Assembly (NCBI GenBank): GCA_903813345.2
Contig: CAIIXF020000001.1
Coordinates: 3,844,001-3,908,000, forward strand
DNA: 64,000 nucleotides
Source: Owenia fusiformis
Lineage: Eukaryota
Direction of reading: 5' to 3'
Under the pieces are notes generated by a model. That model was not told where the DNA came from. It did no database searches and worked only from the letters and a program-made list of their open reading frames with translations. Positions 51,114 through 64,000 of the stretch are shown piece after piece. The stretch's first letter is position 1. Each line of letters begins with the position of its first letter. A program made the position numbers and the translations under genes.

Positions 51114-52824
51114 CTGTACCAGAAATCTTATATCACACAGGAATATCAGTCTTGTGACCCCCCTACCCCATATCCCTCACCTCCAGGTGAACTTGAAGTA
51201 GAAGTACAGGGGGCAGAGACGAGATGCAGGAATAAATGAGTTTCAACATTTTAAACAGCACCACCATACTACAAGCATGGACATTAGCCAGAAAGACAGG
51301 AAGTAGTTGTAGAGATGTGTCTGCTTCATATCTCAATGTTTACTTTAACATGTTAAGGTAGATACATCAATGGATGGTCAACAGCAAGAGTGCATTACAC
51401 TATAGAGCACTTTGAGCAAATCAGAAAAACACATACCATAATTACGAAGCTATGATTATATGCAGCACTAGTTTGATATATTATATGTTTCATTTCATGA
51501 TATATTACATGTATATCATATTGTAGTTCAGAACTGTTGACAAATATGTCGGATATAAATGCAGTCTGACATTCGCTTTTATTCAATTTTATTGTTATCA
51601 TTGCTGACATTATTTTAAATAGCAGTCATCTGTACAAGCCGAGAATTATCATCTCAAAGCATTAAAGGGGCCCAGAGTCTATTTCTCACATGATACCATG
51701 ATCATTGATCACTTCATCACAACAGCTTGGAATTGACTAAATTAGAGTAGAAACTAATAATCTTAATTTACTTCATTAAATATTTAAAACTTATTGATAT
51801 TATATTTGAAATCTACATATACAATTACACTGAAAACATGGTTATGTAGTTTTTCATCAATTTCCAATTTTTTATTTTCTTTGAATAGTATGGATTATTT
51901 TTTATGTGTCTGCCATGTTATCTGACCCGAATTAGCCACCTGGTGGTGAAACTGGTAACTTGCCTAGGTAATTTCCACCATCAATTGAAACTTTCAGGTT
52001 CCATATTTATTTATGATATGGATATATCAAAATATAAAGTTAACAATTTAATATTAATGAGCCAGAAGTACATTTGAAAAACAAAATCCTTAAATTTTTG
52101 AATATTTGTGAACTACAGACTGAACATTTTACAGCCTCCATAAATTATAAGTGAATTGGTGATATAGGATAAATAGCCATTGTACCTTCAACCTATAAAA
52201 TAATACTAATTGTGAAAATCCATGGAGATGTACCATAAAGTCATGTAAATGAAGTATGCTAAAGTGTTGATTATATATAATTTATATTTACTGCTTTAAT
52301 TATTGCAAATGAAATGAGGCATAAAATACCATATTATGAAAAGACTCTTTTATTGGGAAGATATATTTTACTATTCCCTAGTTTTTAGTTTCCTCAAAAC
52401 AAACCATTGATCACTGGAAATAAATAATATAAAAATACAAATACTGACAAATTAGAATTACCACGTATCAGTAACAAAGATGATTCCAGCAAGATTTATT
52501 AGCGGGATTTAACTTTTGTAGAGAATAAATTCTAATTATCATAATAAAATATGTAAAACAAATAAGCTGTAATAACTCAGGATAATTTGATAATGAGATG
52601 CATAGAAAGTTGAAATTATTTTGTCAGGGATCCTAACAGATGAGAACATTAAGAGAGATAATGAGTTAGATTAGGGAAAAGATGATCTAATGCAGCTGGT
52701 CAATAAATCTTGATCATCATTCATACTATCAACTTTCTCTCTGAAATCACATAGTTTAATTATACTCTAATTAACTTATATTACTTGCATTTTATTAATA
52801 CCACTACATCATGGATAAATATTA

Positions 52825-52871
52825 CAGGGTGTTCAAAATAGCAGAATTAGCAATTCTCATTTGTCACCCTG
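52825..52871. mobile_element. 47-bp Tc1/mariner-type micro-MITE
   Basis: TA|CAGGGTG ... CACCCTG|TA. Confidence 0.5.
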
Positions 52872-55800
52872 TATATGTACTACATGTAGATGTACATTGA
52901 AAAATGTCAGGATATTGGAAACACAATCACTCATCTTTTGAAAGCATAATTAAATCAGTAATAGCCATTGATTTCACAAGTCGTAGAATTCATCAATTCT
53001 TAATGCGATCCTTACGGCATAATAGATACAAAGAATTAATGTATCACACTCTTGGAAAAAAGCAAAATCAAATAAAAAGTCTAGTCTTAATTTAATAAGC
53101 AATAAGTAATCCAGTTTCTTTTATTTTTTTTATATAAGCACCTAAGCTGCATAAATAAAAGAACTATAATTTGTCAGATTACGATTTTAATGCGCTCATT
53201 AGCAATGATTTGTGTAAAGTTGACATTGCAAGTTTTTATCAGTTAGCTCCGTTGCAAGTAAATTATTAGATGAAATAATGCCCTAATGGCAAATGAGCCA
53301 ACACTCTGTACTGCAAGCCTCCTTGAGCTAACAAAAGCCATGCTGAGTTTCATCTATTGAAAATTAACATCATTAGCGAGACAGATATCAGTAATGTTTT
53401 AGTCTCCATAGCAACTATTGTGAGAAATTTTTCTAATTTCCTGCTAAAGCTTCAGTCAGCTGGGCTCGGAATCAGGTTTCTGCTAAAAGATAATAATTCT
53501 AATGGAAAATTAGCATTTTTAGCTCTTTTGAAGTATTCACCGGGGACTTAATTGGATGGCAGTTGCACAAATCTTAATATAGTGTGTCATTTATGATTGT
53601 GGATGTACACGTCCTAAAGGCCTTATTCATTCATTAAACTGATCAAATGCTCTTCTACATAATAGCTAATTAGGGAGCTGAGAAATTATATTTTTTATGG
53701 AAATGGTATTTACAGACATCTAGTGATAATTTTAAAGGTTATTATTATTAATTATAAAAAGCATTGTAGTTTGAGAGCTGAAATTTGTTACAATTTTTTT
53801 AATAATAATTGTTTACAACCGCAATTTCGTTTAATTCTTGTTCCAGTTCCAGAATGCATTAACTCAAGCTTTTTGGCTGATGAGATATAATTAAAATTGC
53901 ATTAATAATGGCATGAAACAATAAATATTTGATAGTCCCCTTACATCATTGTCAAGATAATGACTCATAGTATTTTGGTATCTTCAATGTTTTTGTCAAT
54001 CTGGAAATCAACTGACTTGGGCCTCAAAGATGATTTGAAATTACCAAGACATTGCTACTATTGTTCAATGGCTTGTTTCAGGGAAATAAGGTCATGATGA
54101 CCTCATTTTTTATTTACCTAATTTCTCACACTTATGACCCATTTTTCCAAAAAATGATATGATTTGAGTGACATAAGGCTCATGAGATAGCTGATTTTGA
54201 AAATGCTCCAATATTTTAGCGGCTTGGGTCTCTTTATGGCTTAAGTCTCGAGGTCATTCCATGAAGGTAAATGCAAAATGTGGTTGTAGCTAATAAAGTA
54301 GGTGATTAAGCAAGACGATACTGAGCTGATTTGCATATGAATCGCATAAATATTGATTTATTTAACAGCTAAATTAAATAACTTTAGGAATCTTCAAGGC
54401 TTTCTGCATGGATAAAAGATATTCAAGTGATGATGCCAAAATGCGTCACTAATTTCATGTTACTAATGTTGCGTCACTAATGCTAAATAAGTTAAAAGGT
54501 GCTATACGTCAATAATTTTATTTTATCATTACTTTTTCAAAAGAAAATATTTTGATAAACTTTTAAATCAATTTTATCGGAAGGTTCTGGAAATGGAAAG
54601 TTCAGTTGATGAACCCAAGGGATATTTATTGACTGCTACGTCAATTAAAAAGTTCAATCATCATGACATCAATTTTTTATCTTAAAAGATATTAACGAGA
54701 AATTTGCAGACCTAATGCACTGGTTAATGATACTTGTGAATGTAATTAGTCAAGCGTAAATACTTCTCATATAAAACACACATCAGTTCCATCCTGATAT
54801 TGATTGGTATTATTATGTAAATTAAGCCTCCAGTGAGGATCTATAGTTTGACAAATCTATCGGCTTTAATTTCCTCGCCAATTGAAAGGTTTTATTAACA
54901 TTTGCAGGACTTGTATAATCTGGTTGACAATCAACCAACTGTCATTTGTTGATTGTAGATTTCAGCACGAAGCCACAAAAGCAGGCTTAGGCCTTAAATT
55001 GATTTCCCGTTATCAGCTGAGTTAGAATCATATTTATTCTCACGAAAACTACATCATTAGTAACACGATATTTACATAATACAGTATTGATCATCTAATG
55101 TTATTATTTTTAAATTAAAAAAGTGGTTGCAGTTTACAATCTTAGAAATAATTTCTATATAAGGAATGACAATCAATATATTGATTTGAGATTAAAAAAC
55201 TAAGAGTGTTACTAAGAATGAACAAATATTTTCTCTTATGCTTTCGCTTAAACAGCTCTTATATTTCTGATTTCACTTATTTGGAGCTGCCATCTTGAAT
55301 TTAAGATTCCAAAATGGCAGCCACAACAATTCTATTCAACATGAGTTAGAGTTACTAACATGGCCAGTATAAATAGTGACATAAATTTTGAAATCTATGA
55401 TTGATTAAATTAGGAATCTCTTAAAAATCATAAAAACATACAATAATATCTGGCATTTTTCCTGTACCACTACAGCTGATGAATTGAGAGTTGGTCAATA
55501 TAAGTTTTTTTATATAAAAACTATCCCAGACCCAAATTGTTTGGTTTGTTTCAGTTTGAAAACCAACTTTTAGGAAGGAAAATAACCTTTTCAAGTCCTT
55601 ATTTATGTCTAACTCTGAGGTTTTTCTGAAACTTTCCAAATGTTAAAAATAATGACCAATAACTGGCTTTGATCAAATCCATAATCAAATCTGTATATAT
55701 CAGCATTTTGAAGAGTGAGAGACAGTCTGTCGCTCTACTCAAGAGTAGTATATTAAGTTTACAATAGTGTTTTGATATCTAATAGCCACCTTTGGCTCAG

Positions 55801-56804
55801 GCTTGTATACTTTGTATAAAAATGTTTTGACTATGTTGTCAACAGTTATAATTGTTTGTGGCTCACAACAAAAATACATCATCACCTCATACATAAGCAA
55901 ATTTCTTTTTAATTGTAGGAGGACATAAAAATGAAACCCTTTATTTTGAAATAACTGTCACTCTAATGATGGAATCTCCATGAATTTTCTTGAAAAGAAA
56001 GTGTTCAATGTGTAAACAGTGGGGTGCAAGCATCAATAACTGAGATTAAGAGAAATCGCTTTTTTATTGAGGCATGCTCTAATGACTAATCACTCAGTTT
56101 CACAAGTTTCACAAGTTTCTGTCTACATCAATATCTATCAAATAAGCAAGTTCAATAATCATACCATTATTTACAATATTATTTGTGATAATCAACAAAC
56201 AATCCAAAACTGACTCAATTAATAATACAGGCAAAGGTCCTAAATTCAGAAATCACCATAAACAATAATTCTCTTTGATCTTTATAATATAAACGGTGTA
56301 TGCAGATGTTTTTGAATTGTAGAAATGTATTGTAACATGAAAGCTGATTAAAATATAATATTACAAAATGTTATATAATGAGTTAGCTTGATAACTACAC
56401 CTTCCAAAACAGTATCATCTTCACTCTGCATAAGCCAGCAGCTGAAGCAGCAAGTGTTCTAATCTACACACCTGAGCCTCAGACTTTATATCCCATTATA
56501 ATGTTCTAATAATTAACTAATAACAAATTACCATTTAATAACATTTGGATCAAATGACATCACAATCAACAAGCCTGCCCTCTTTTAATGAGAATTAATG
56601 AAAGATTAATACTGTTAACGCATATATTTCATGATTTTGTTATTGTAAAAATTAACTATCAAATTACAGTGAAACCTGTCTATCTATTATCATACACTTC
56701 TCCTACCCGAACACCTGTCAATGTGAACACTTTTTCTCCTTCCCAAATCTGTTATCTCCCACTGACTCACATGTTTTTAAAATACTTTAAAATGTGAACA
56801 TAAT

Positions 56805-57665
56805 AGAGAGATTTCGCACCTAGTGAAAGTACAACTTATAACGTATACTTATACTTATAGGTAAACGTACAAGGTGTTTCATAATGTGGGCTTTTCGTCA
56901 GGAAAGATCTTCTCAGACTGTAATAAATACAGGTCAAAGGGATGCCATTTGTACTTTGTTGAATTGTAGCATGTTTAGTTGATCCAAATGTGTTTGTCTA
57001 GAATAAAATAGGCTCATGTAGAATACATATGTTATAGACCCATCTCTTCTCAAATTGACTTTTTGGAGATGCTCGTTATGAAACACCCTGTATGTCATTT
57101 GTTGAGCTACTGAATGGGTCGTTTCCAGGAATTGCTAGAACCTACTGGTTTGATTGGTGTTTCAAATTGATGGTTAAAGTATTTGATTGGATACTGTTCC
57201 CACTCAGCCAATTAATTTTAAAAAATGCTTGCGGTCAATTGTTCCACACACATGTAGGCAAATCCTTATACGGAGATCTAACTGTATACGTTATCATCTA
57301 CGTAAATACACCGTTTTGTAAGTTCATTGAACTTATACTGATCATGAAAACATTGAAATAATCAACTTGTTTATGTAATGACTCACTTTAAAGAATCATG
57401 ACTCACTTTAAAGGATCGTGTTTATAATACACTACAACTAAAAGGACACGGAAGCAAGCATTTAATTATAATGTGCATAATCTACACGTGCAGATGACAG
57501 TGCATTCACAGTCTCTAGTTGATGGAGCTTTTCTATAACGGGAAAAGATATGTTCCATTAAGTACAATTTAAAATTGATTTTAGTAAATATAAAAGTTCG
57601 ACATGACCCTTTAAACTATACGTATACGTATAAGTTGTACTTTCACTTATGTGCGAAATCTCTCT
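56805..57665. mobile_element. PIF/Harbinger-like MITE (middle element)
   Basis: ~35-45-bp TIR AGAGAGATTTCGCAC.TA.GTGAAAGTACAACTTATA with a 3-bp AAT duplication. Confidence 0.8.
56870..57090. mobile_element. Tc1/mariner MITE (inner element)
   Basis: TA|CAAGGTGTTTCATAA ... TTATGAAACACCCTG|TA. Confidence 0.8.
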
Positions 57666-60600
57666 AATGTTAGATCTAAACACTTACGGCTAGTCCCAGT
57701 AATATCTGGGTAAGACAGGTTCTACCTGTACGTATTATATTTTGCATTTGATTGCCTTGTACACTTCATGATTTTGCTCTGGCTTGATTCAAATATAGAA
57801 GATACTTTCCAAGGCCAAAGAAAAAGTGACCAACATGTTCTGGCAAAAAACTGATTTTTTAAGGAAATTCATGAGACTTCAAGGTTTAAACTATCAAAAT
57901 TCCAAGTTTGATGCTGATATGATGACCTCAATTAAAAATCCAGGTCGTTATGAAGGCACAAAATTTTAATTTATAGAAGTCACTTTTTTTTCAAGGATAT
58001 CAAATTAGTAGTCTCTGTTGTTTTTTATTTACTGTTATTAAAAAATGCCTGATTTATTTGTTTGTCAAACCTAACTACCTTAAGGACAATAAAAAAATAT
58101 TTAAAAACTAGTATAGCGACAGAAGGTACATGCATATCTCGATGAGTGTTAACTTAAACTTCAAGCTGGCACACTTTTGGTGCTCAATGCTCAGGAAAAT
58201 GTGATTCCATATAATTGAAACACTTGACATTTATAGGGGCAGTTGGTTGGTTCCTTTTTAGGCTCACACAATCAATCTTATCCTCTTATCAAACAATATA
58301 TTTAAGTTTTTGATAAAGTGAAAACACAAGACGCATATTGGGTATGTATGTTGGAACAGCTGCCAGAGATAAGGTGCCATTTAACCGGAGATAAAAGACT
58401 CATTGAGAAATGCAAAATCTAATTTGAATTTAAAGATTACCCAGGTGGAATTGACAGCCTGGCTTGTTTTAAACTATGGCTTTAGCCCATGCAAAATGTA
58501 GCCTAGAAGGCAGACTGCCAGTAAAATCAGCTGTTAGGTACACACACTTGCAAAATACCTTAAATTGCTATTTCATTATGGTATATTGAATAACCAATTG
58601 AAATTCAGCCTAACCTGCCTACAATGAACATGAAATCAGTGTGAACACTTTATACATGAAATATGTTCATTTTTTAAAGTGCCAATATGTTGCGGAGAGA
58701 TAACATTTTTGGGAGAATTTATTGCGAATTCACCTGCCTGAAATGAACAGCTGATACTAGGGAGTGAATAGTCAAAATATAAACTATAAAGCTGTATGCA
58801 ATCCTGTTATCTTAAGTGATTACTGGTCAAAGAATTAGAGTATTGATCTTTTCTTTGCTTTTCAATCTTAACTATGATCTGATACTACAAGCCGCCATTC
58901 AATCATTGTCACAAATGAATTAAAATAAAATCTAATACTCTTTGTTGATTTATATTTTGGATTTAGTTGGTATTCAAAGTACATGTCATAACACCCTCAT
59001 CAAAAGGCTCTGAAATTTTACTTTTGTAATATGTTAGATTAAATTTTAAAGTTAAATTGTTAAGATAAGCTAGTTTAAAGCAAGTATTTTCTCAAAAAGG
59101 CCTGACACATGCATCCCGTTACCACAAATATGTGATAAAAGTTTACCCTTGAAAGCTATTATTGAATCATAGGGTAAGTAACAATGTGTGTGGTCACATA
59201 AGGCACTTTGTCTGGTGCCAGATATTTTAAAAGATACACACAAGAAACAAATGTCTGGGAGGTTGTATTTGAACCAGGTATTTGATTTAACAACACTTTA
59301 ACTTAATTCACGTTTCAAGTCAACATATTACCGAGGTGCGACCATTTCTAATCCAGGTGGAATTTTGAGATTAATTAAAATCAAACCTATTAACAGCAGA
59401 TAATCCCATCCATCAAAGTAACATATAGCGGTTTCTAATGTTTCCTCATAGCCTCAAAATCAAAACAAATATTTTTCAGAGTGAATTACTGAAGTATTTC
59501 CTATGTGTAATAAAAACAATAACAAAACAAGTATACAGTCCCCTCTGTTTTCCTTATCACAATTTCAACTAATTCTTAAGGTCAAGTACTATTTGATTCA
59601 TGGATATGTTTTTATCAATATTTCTAAGGGCATACCTCCAGAAAGTGGTCTATGGATAAGTAACTGTACCATTAAGTATTTAGGAAGTTATCTGTCTTAT
59701 CTGTCATAATTTTGCAAAACCATATTTCAAGTACGAAATTGAGTAATATAGTGGGAATATCTTCTTTTTGCCTAAAGGTCTAATTTTGGTAACCTGGTCT
59801 TTGCAATGTTTGATGCAATCTCTATTGAAACACATGTATCTTTATTTCCGGTAGATAACTTGATACTTAATAGATGTATTTTAACCAATCTTTTGGAAAA
59901 GATAAGAGATGAGTGCATACACAGTTGCTCATATATTCGGAATATCTTTACCTTAGAATTTTTTAAAATATTGTAATACTATAAATAAAATATTGTAAAT
60001 AATTGCGTCATGATCATAGAAGAGCTACTCTAAGCCCCAGAGGCTAGCAACAGATGATGCTCTCTTTTAGAAGCAAAATTAAGCTAGTGAAATTGTAAAG
60101 AAATGCTTTTATCTAGCAATAATTTTTGTGAAATGAGTTATCATGAAGCATTGCTTCTTAGTTTAATGAGCGTGATATGAACTGGAGGCGAAGCAATAAA
60201 ATTACTGAAGTAAAACTGATCGTTCATATAAAAGAAATACTATTTAATCAGCAGAAAATTCAAATTCAATCTACATTCTACGTAAATGGAAATGCGTAAG
60301 TGACAAAAGACATTTTCAGTACAGCAAGGTTAAAATCATAACTGATACGGAAATCGCCATTATGATTATTAGGTATATGACTCCTGGGTGTTAAAGGTGA
60401 CAGACGGCACATCTCTCTCGTGCTTATCTGGCCAGTATTATATGCTTCAAAGCATCTCTGTATTACAAATGATATCCTTGAATTGAAATTATATGTGAAA
60501 TTATTGATTCTTAATGCAGCATTAATTTTGCATCTTTGACAGCAGATCATTGACTTGTAGTTTAAGTCCCTGAATCAAAAAGAACTCTAAGAAAGCAACC

Positions 60601-62852
60601 ATCTTGATAATTCTTACTTTAGCAAAGTCTTTTGCCTATAAGGCACCTGGAGATAAAATGTTAATCAAATGTGACAACTGGTATTTGAGTTATCAATAAC
60701 TATATTTTTTTAGGAAAAAGTCATACATTCAAGGTATTTTCTTAATCTATGTATTGCATTTCAAGAAAAAAAATTCCTGTGTTATTTCTGCATAGCTTCA
60801 GTTTTTGTACTTAAAATCATATTGCAGTTTCAAAACAAAATATCAAATGGTAAGGGACATATATTTTAGCACATTTGTTTCAAATAGAGGAGGGGATGTA
60901 CCAAACAGGATGTGAGGCTAATATGGTTTTAATTATACTGACAGATATGGAAATATGATGACAAGACTTTGGAATATCAGCTAGGCTGAAAGAACAATAT
61001 TTATATTTCTTTTATTGAATTACAATATGTCAGTTTCTCCATACCCTGACTGCAAAGTTTAGTTCATAACCTCTGAAAAGTGTAGACAATTTTAGTTTAG
61101 CAGTCCTACCCCAACTACCAGTAATAACTATCACACACTGGGTCATAAATCAATTCAAACCCAATGTTGGTCAATAACGGGTCATTTGTGGCGATATAGA
61201 AAGTTGTCCTGGCAACAACAAGCTCTTGTTGGCTCAGTGAAGTCAGAGGTTTATTTTAAACTTAAATGAGTATAAAAGTTATCTTTACAAATACAAAGGG
61301 TAGTCCCTGATGGCGCCAGGCTGACAGAATGCAAAATGAAGTAATAAAAATGGCTATATTCATTGCCCACCCCCTCCATGACATTTCTAGCACCTTTCCA
61401 TTGCCAGAGGAAAGCAAATTTTATAAATATTTCTTTAAAAAATCATCAAAAACATTTTCTGGCACAAAAAGCATTTTCAGTGTTTTTTTAAATGTGGCAA
61501 GGTACTTGCTGAGTAACATAAAATATGTCAGTGATACCAGCTTGTTTCTGTACTTGGGAGGTATGGAAAATCAGGTTTAGGATGAGGTCGAGGACAGGTT
61601 GATGTTTGCATAGGTTCATCTTTACCATAGACCACAAGTTCAGAGAAAAAGGGTTAATATTAGAAATATGATCCCAAGGAAAGAGCAGATCTAGCCAATT
61701 TCCCAGTAATTTAGTTGCAGATTCAAGCCTTAGGAAACCTGAACTGACCAAAAGGGTCACCGCTGTTATGAATGTAGCCTTTAGCCCCCCTGTATCAGTC
61801 TATATACACCTTAGAAATAAATGTGCCCCATCTGAATGGACCTAATAGTACCAGTGGTCGTATTCACTTATTTCTTATTCAAAGCTATTATCAACATTCT
61901 ACCTTTAAAGCAGACATGCAGTCATTTGGAATACCTATTTGTTACAATAAATACTAGATGACCTCCCAGGGACCTTTAAAACCTGATCTGGGCAACAGAA
62001 AGGGCATGCTAGGGTCAGAGGTTAGTGGTCTAAATATCTGACAGATGGCCATCCCCATAGCAACGACACACATCAATTTACAACTGAAAGGTAAGTGAAG
62101 ATTCTAGAGAATATTATTAAATCTGAGTACTCTTAACCCCTTGACCATATGAATATATTAGCCAGTAAATAAATGTGCCTATTGAACAAGGCACCCTGCT
62201 TCACCCTTATTTCTGTGAATCTTAATGTTTGCCAATCCGAATCCCTCAAAGACCGTCTAATGCATTTTCCTGACCAGATGGCTATTATGAATAGAAGGAC
62301 ATGTTTACATTTTTCTAGTAATCTCATCTTAGACTTATCCTACAGGTTTCACCTAAGGCTCACCTCCGAACATATTTATACCAAATCAAGATCTAGAAGC
62401 AAATGCAAATACAGTCTAGTTATTATATAGCTAGCCTAGAATAAATATAGGTCTAAATAGGAATTTCCCTGTCCCATTAAGTTATATAATATTTTATGTT
62501 GATAATGATGCATATGTCCCACAAAGTTGGTTGACAGAGAGGTCATCTATTCTTAGAGACACTTGTTATTCATGGATGAGACACCTTAGGGGTCAAGTCA
62601 TAATAATATCTACTTCCATTAGGAACATTTATTGTGTTAGTAAGTGTTTTGTGATGGCATACATTTTCATATTCTCAGCATTAGTAAAGACACTTTTCAT
62701 CCGATGCAGTCAATAATAACATCCATACAAATGCATGGTGAAGGATAAAGGTTATGTTAAAACCAAAATAACACTTTTTGAGAGATCTTAATTTATTTTT
62801 TAAATGACCCCTATCACATTTTAACTGTCTCCCACAGGAGTGGTCTTTCAGC

Positions 62853-63223
62853 TACCCTGCATGCAGAGTCTAGTTAAACTACACTCTGCCTAGTAGAGAC
62901 CATATTACAGTTTAGTAGCCCCGCCCCCACGACGGGTACCGGTGACAGTTTGAGTAAATCACTTTTGACCTACGCGCTGACCTTCCACCAATCAGCGAGC
63001 TTGAAGAAACATGGACCAAATGCGTTCTAATTAAATATGCGCATGTCATTGGTCAATTCCGGGCTCAACGATGACGTCAGAAGGAATGACCATATAAAGA
63101 ACATCGGTCAAATTTGGCCGACGAACACTGATTGGCGCGGTGAGTTCACAGGTTTATTTAAGTTTGAAAGAGTGAAGACGAAGCTCTCTTTTAAGAAGTG
63201 AAGTCAAACGAATGTAAAGGGTA
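62853..63223 (+). mobile_element. 371-bp MITE (TACCCT...AGGGTA) with 9-bp TSD and promoter-motif-rich interior
   Basis: TSD TCTTTCAGC at 62844-62852 and 63224-63232. The ends are nearly identical to 8585-8660. Confidence 0.88.
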
Positions 63224-64000
63224 TCTTTCAGCAAGGTTGTCATACGAATCTTTCAAAACCTATCTCATTAAAGGAAGTTCAGGTCTCAAGTAGAACTTAT
63301 TTAGACCCCCTGGGACCCTAGACAGTACCATGAAAAGTTCAGTATCAATTTGGGACACTTCTAAAGCTTAAATGTTATTTCACACTACATGTTTAAGTAA
63401 TTAAACCAACTGTAATTAGTGATATCATTGCTTGCCTAATTGATGTTCCTGATGAATTATGCATGGCTATTTAATATTTCTAGGATGACTAGATTTGAAC
63501 ATTTCATGATAGAAATAACCTGGTAGTATTATTGTCTCCTTTTGCCAAAATCTACACCCATGATGTGACATAATACCATATTAGGAATTTTGACTAACTT
63601 GAACAAGCGGTATTTGAGTTATCAAAATTCATATTTTCACAAAAATGGCAGACATTTTTAATTGAGCACCCATATCTGAAACTCATTCTACAGGAGAAGT
63701 CCTAGATGTATTTCAGAGAATTGTTGCAACAATATATAATTTAGTGAGAATGTTTGTACTTACAATACAATACAGAGAAACAGTGTAGCATCCCTTGACA
63801 TCCTGGCTGTAAACATCAGCAATGACTTTGCTTACTGTGGTAGTTTAGAGGTAAACTTTCGCGTCTTTCCAGTACCAATGGACGTTATGTACGACAACGT
63901 CAACGTCATAGCAATCAATGTCATAGCTGAAAACACAAAGAATAGAAAATAATCAAATTGTCTCTTGTTCCTATGTAAGAACAAATGTGACTCAATATGC

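Larger units (their letters stand above)
56667..57728. mobile_element. pogo/Tigger-like MITE (outer element of a triple nest)
   Basis: TA|CAGTGAAACCTGTCTA ... TAAGACAGGTTCTACCTG|TA. Confidence 0.65.

Overview
This is AT-rich metazoan genomic DNA, probably from a lophotrochozoan such as a mollusc (inferred from the repeat types and the SoxC sequence). The only clear intact gene is an intronless SoxC (Sox4/11/12-group) HMG-box gene on the minus strand (13450-14478). It has a CCAAT/GC-box promoter, a 3' flank rich in post-transcriptional motifs, and about 50 kb of gene-poor upstream sequence. The rest is a decayed CR1-clade LINE, many non-autonomous DNA transposons (several with readable TIRs and TSDs, some nested), Helentron/HINE-like elements, a tRNA-derived SINE and minisatellites. 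Highlights are: (1) a dense Hes/proneural bHLH site cluster about 3-4 kb upstream of SoxC; (2) two otherwise unrelated foldback elements sharing the terminus CACWGGNNRGTATCG with 5-bp TSDs, a Transib/RAG-like signature; (3) an orphan exon-like ORF near 42.3-42.7 kb; (4) a promoter-motif-laden MITE and its 76-bp mobile derivative. All calls come from reading by eye, with no database search.
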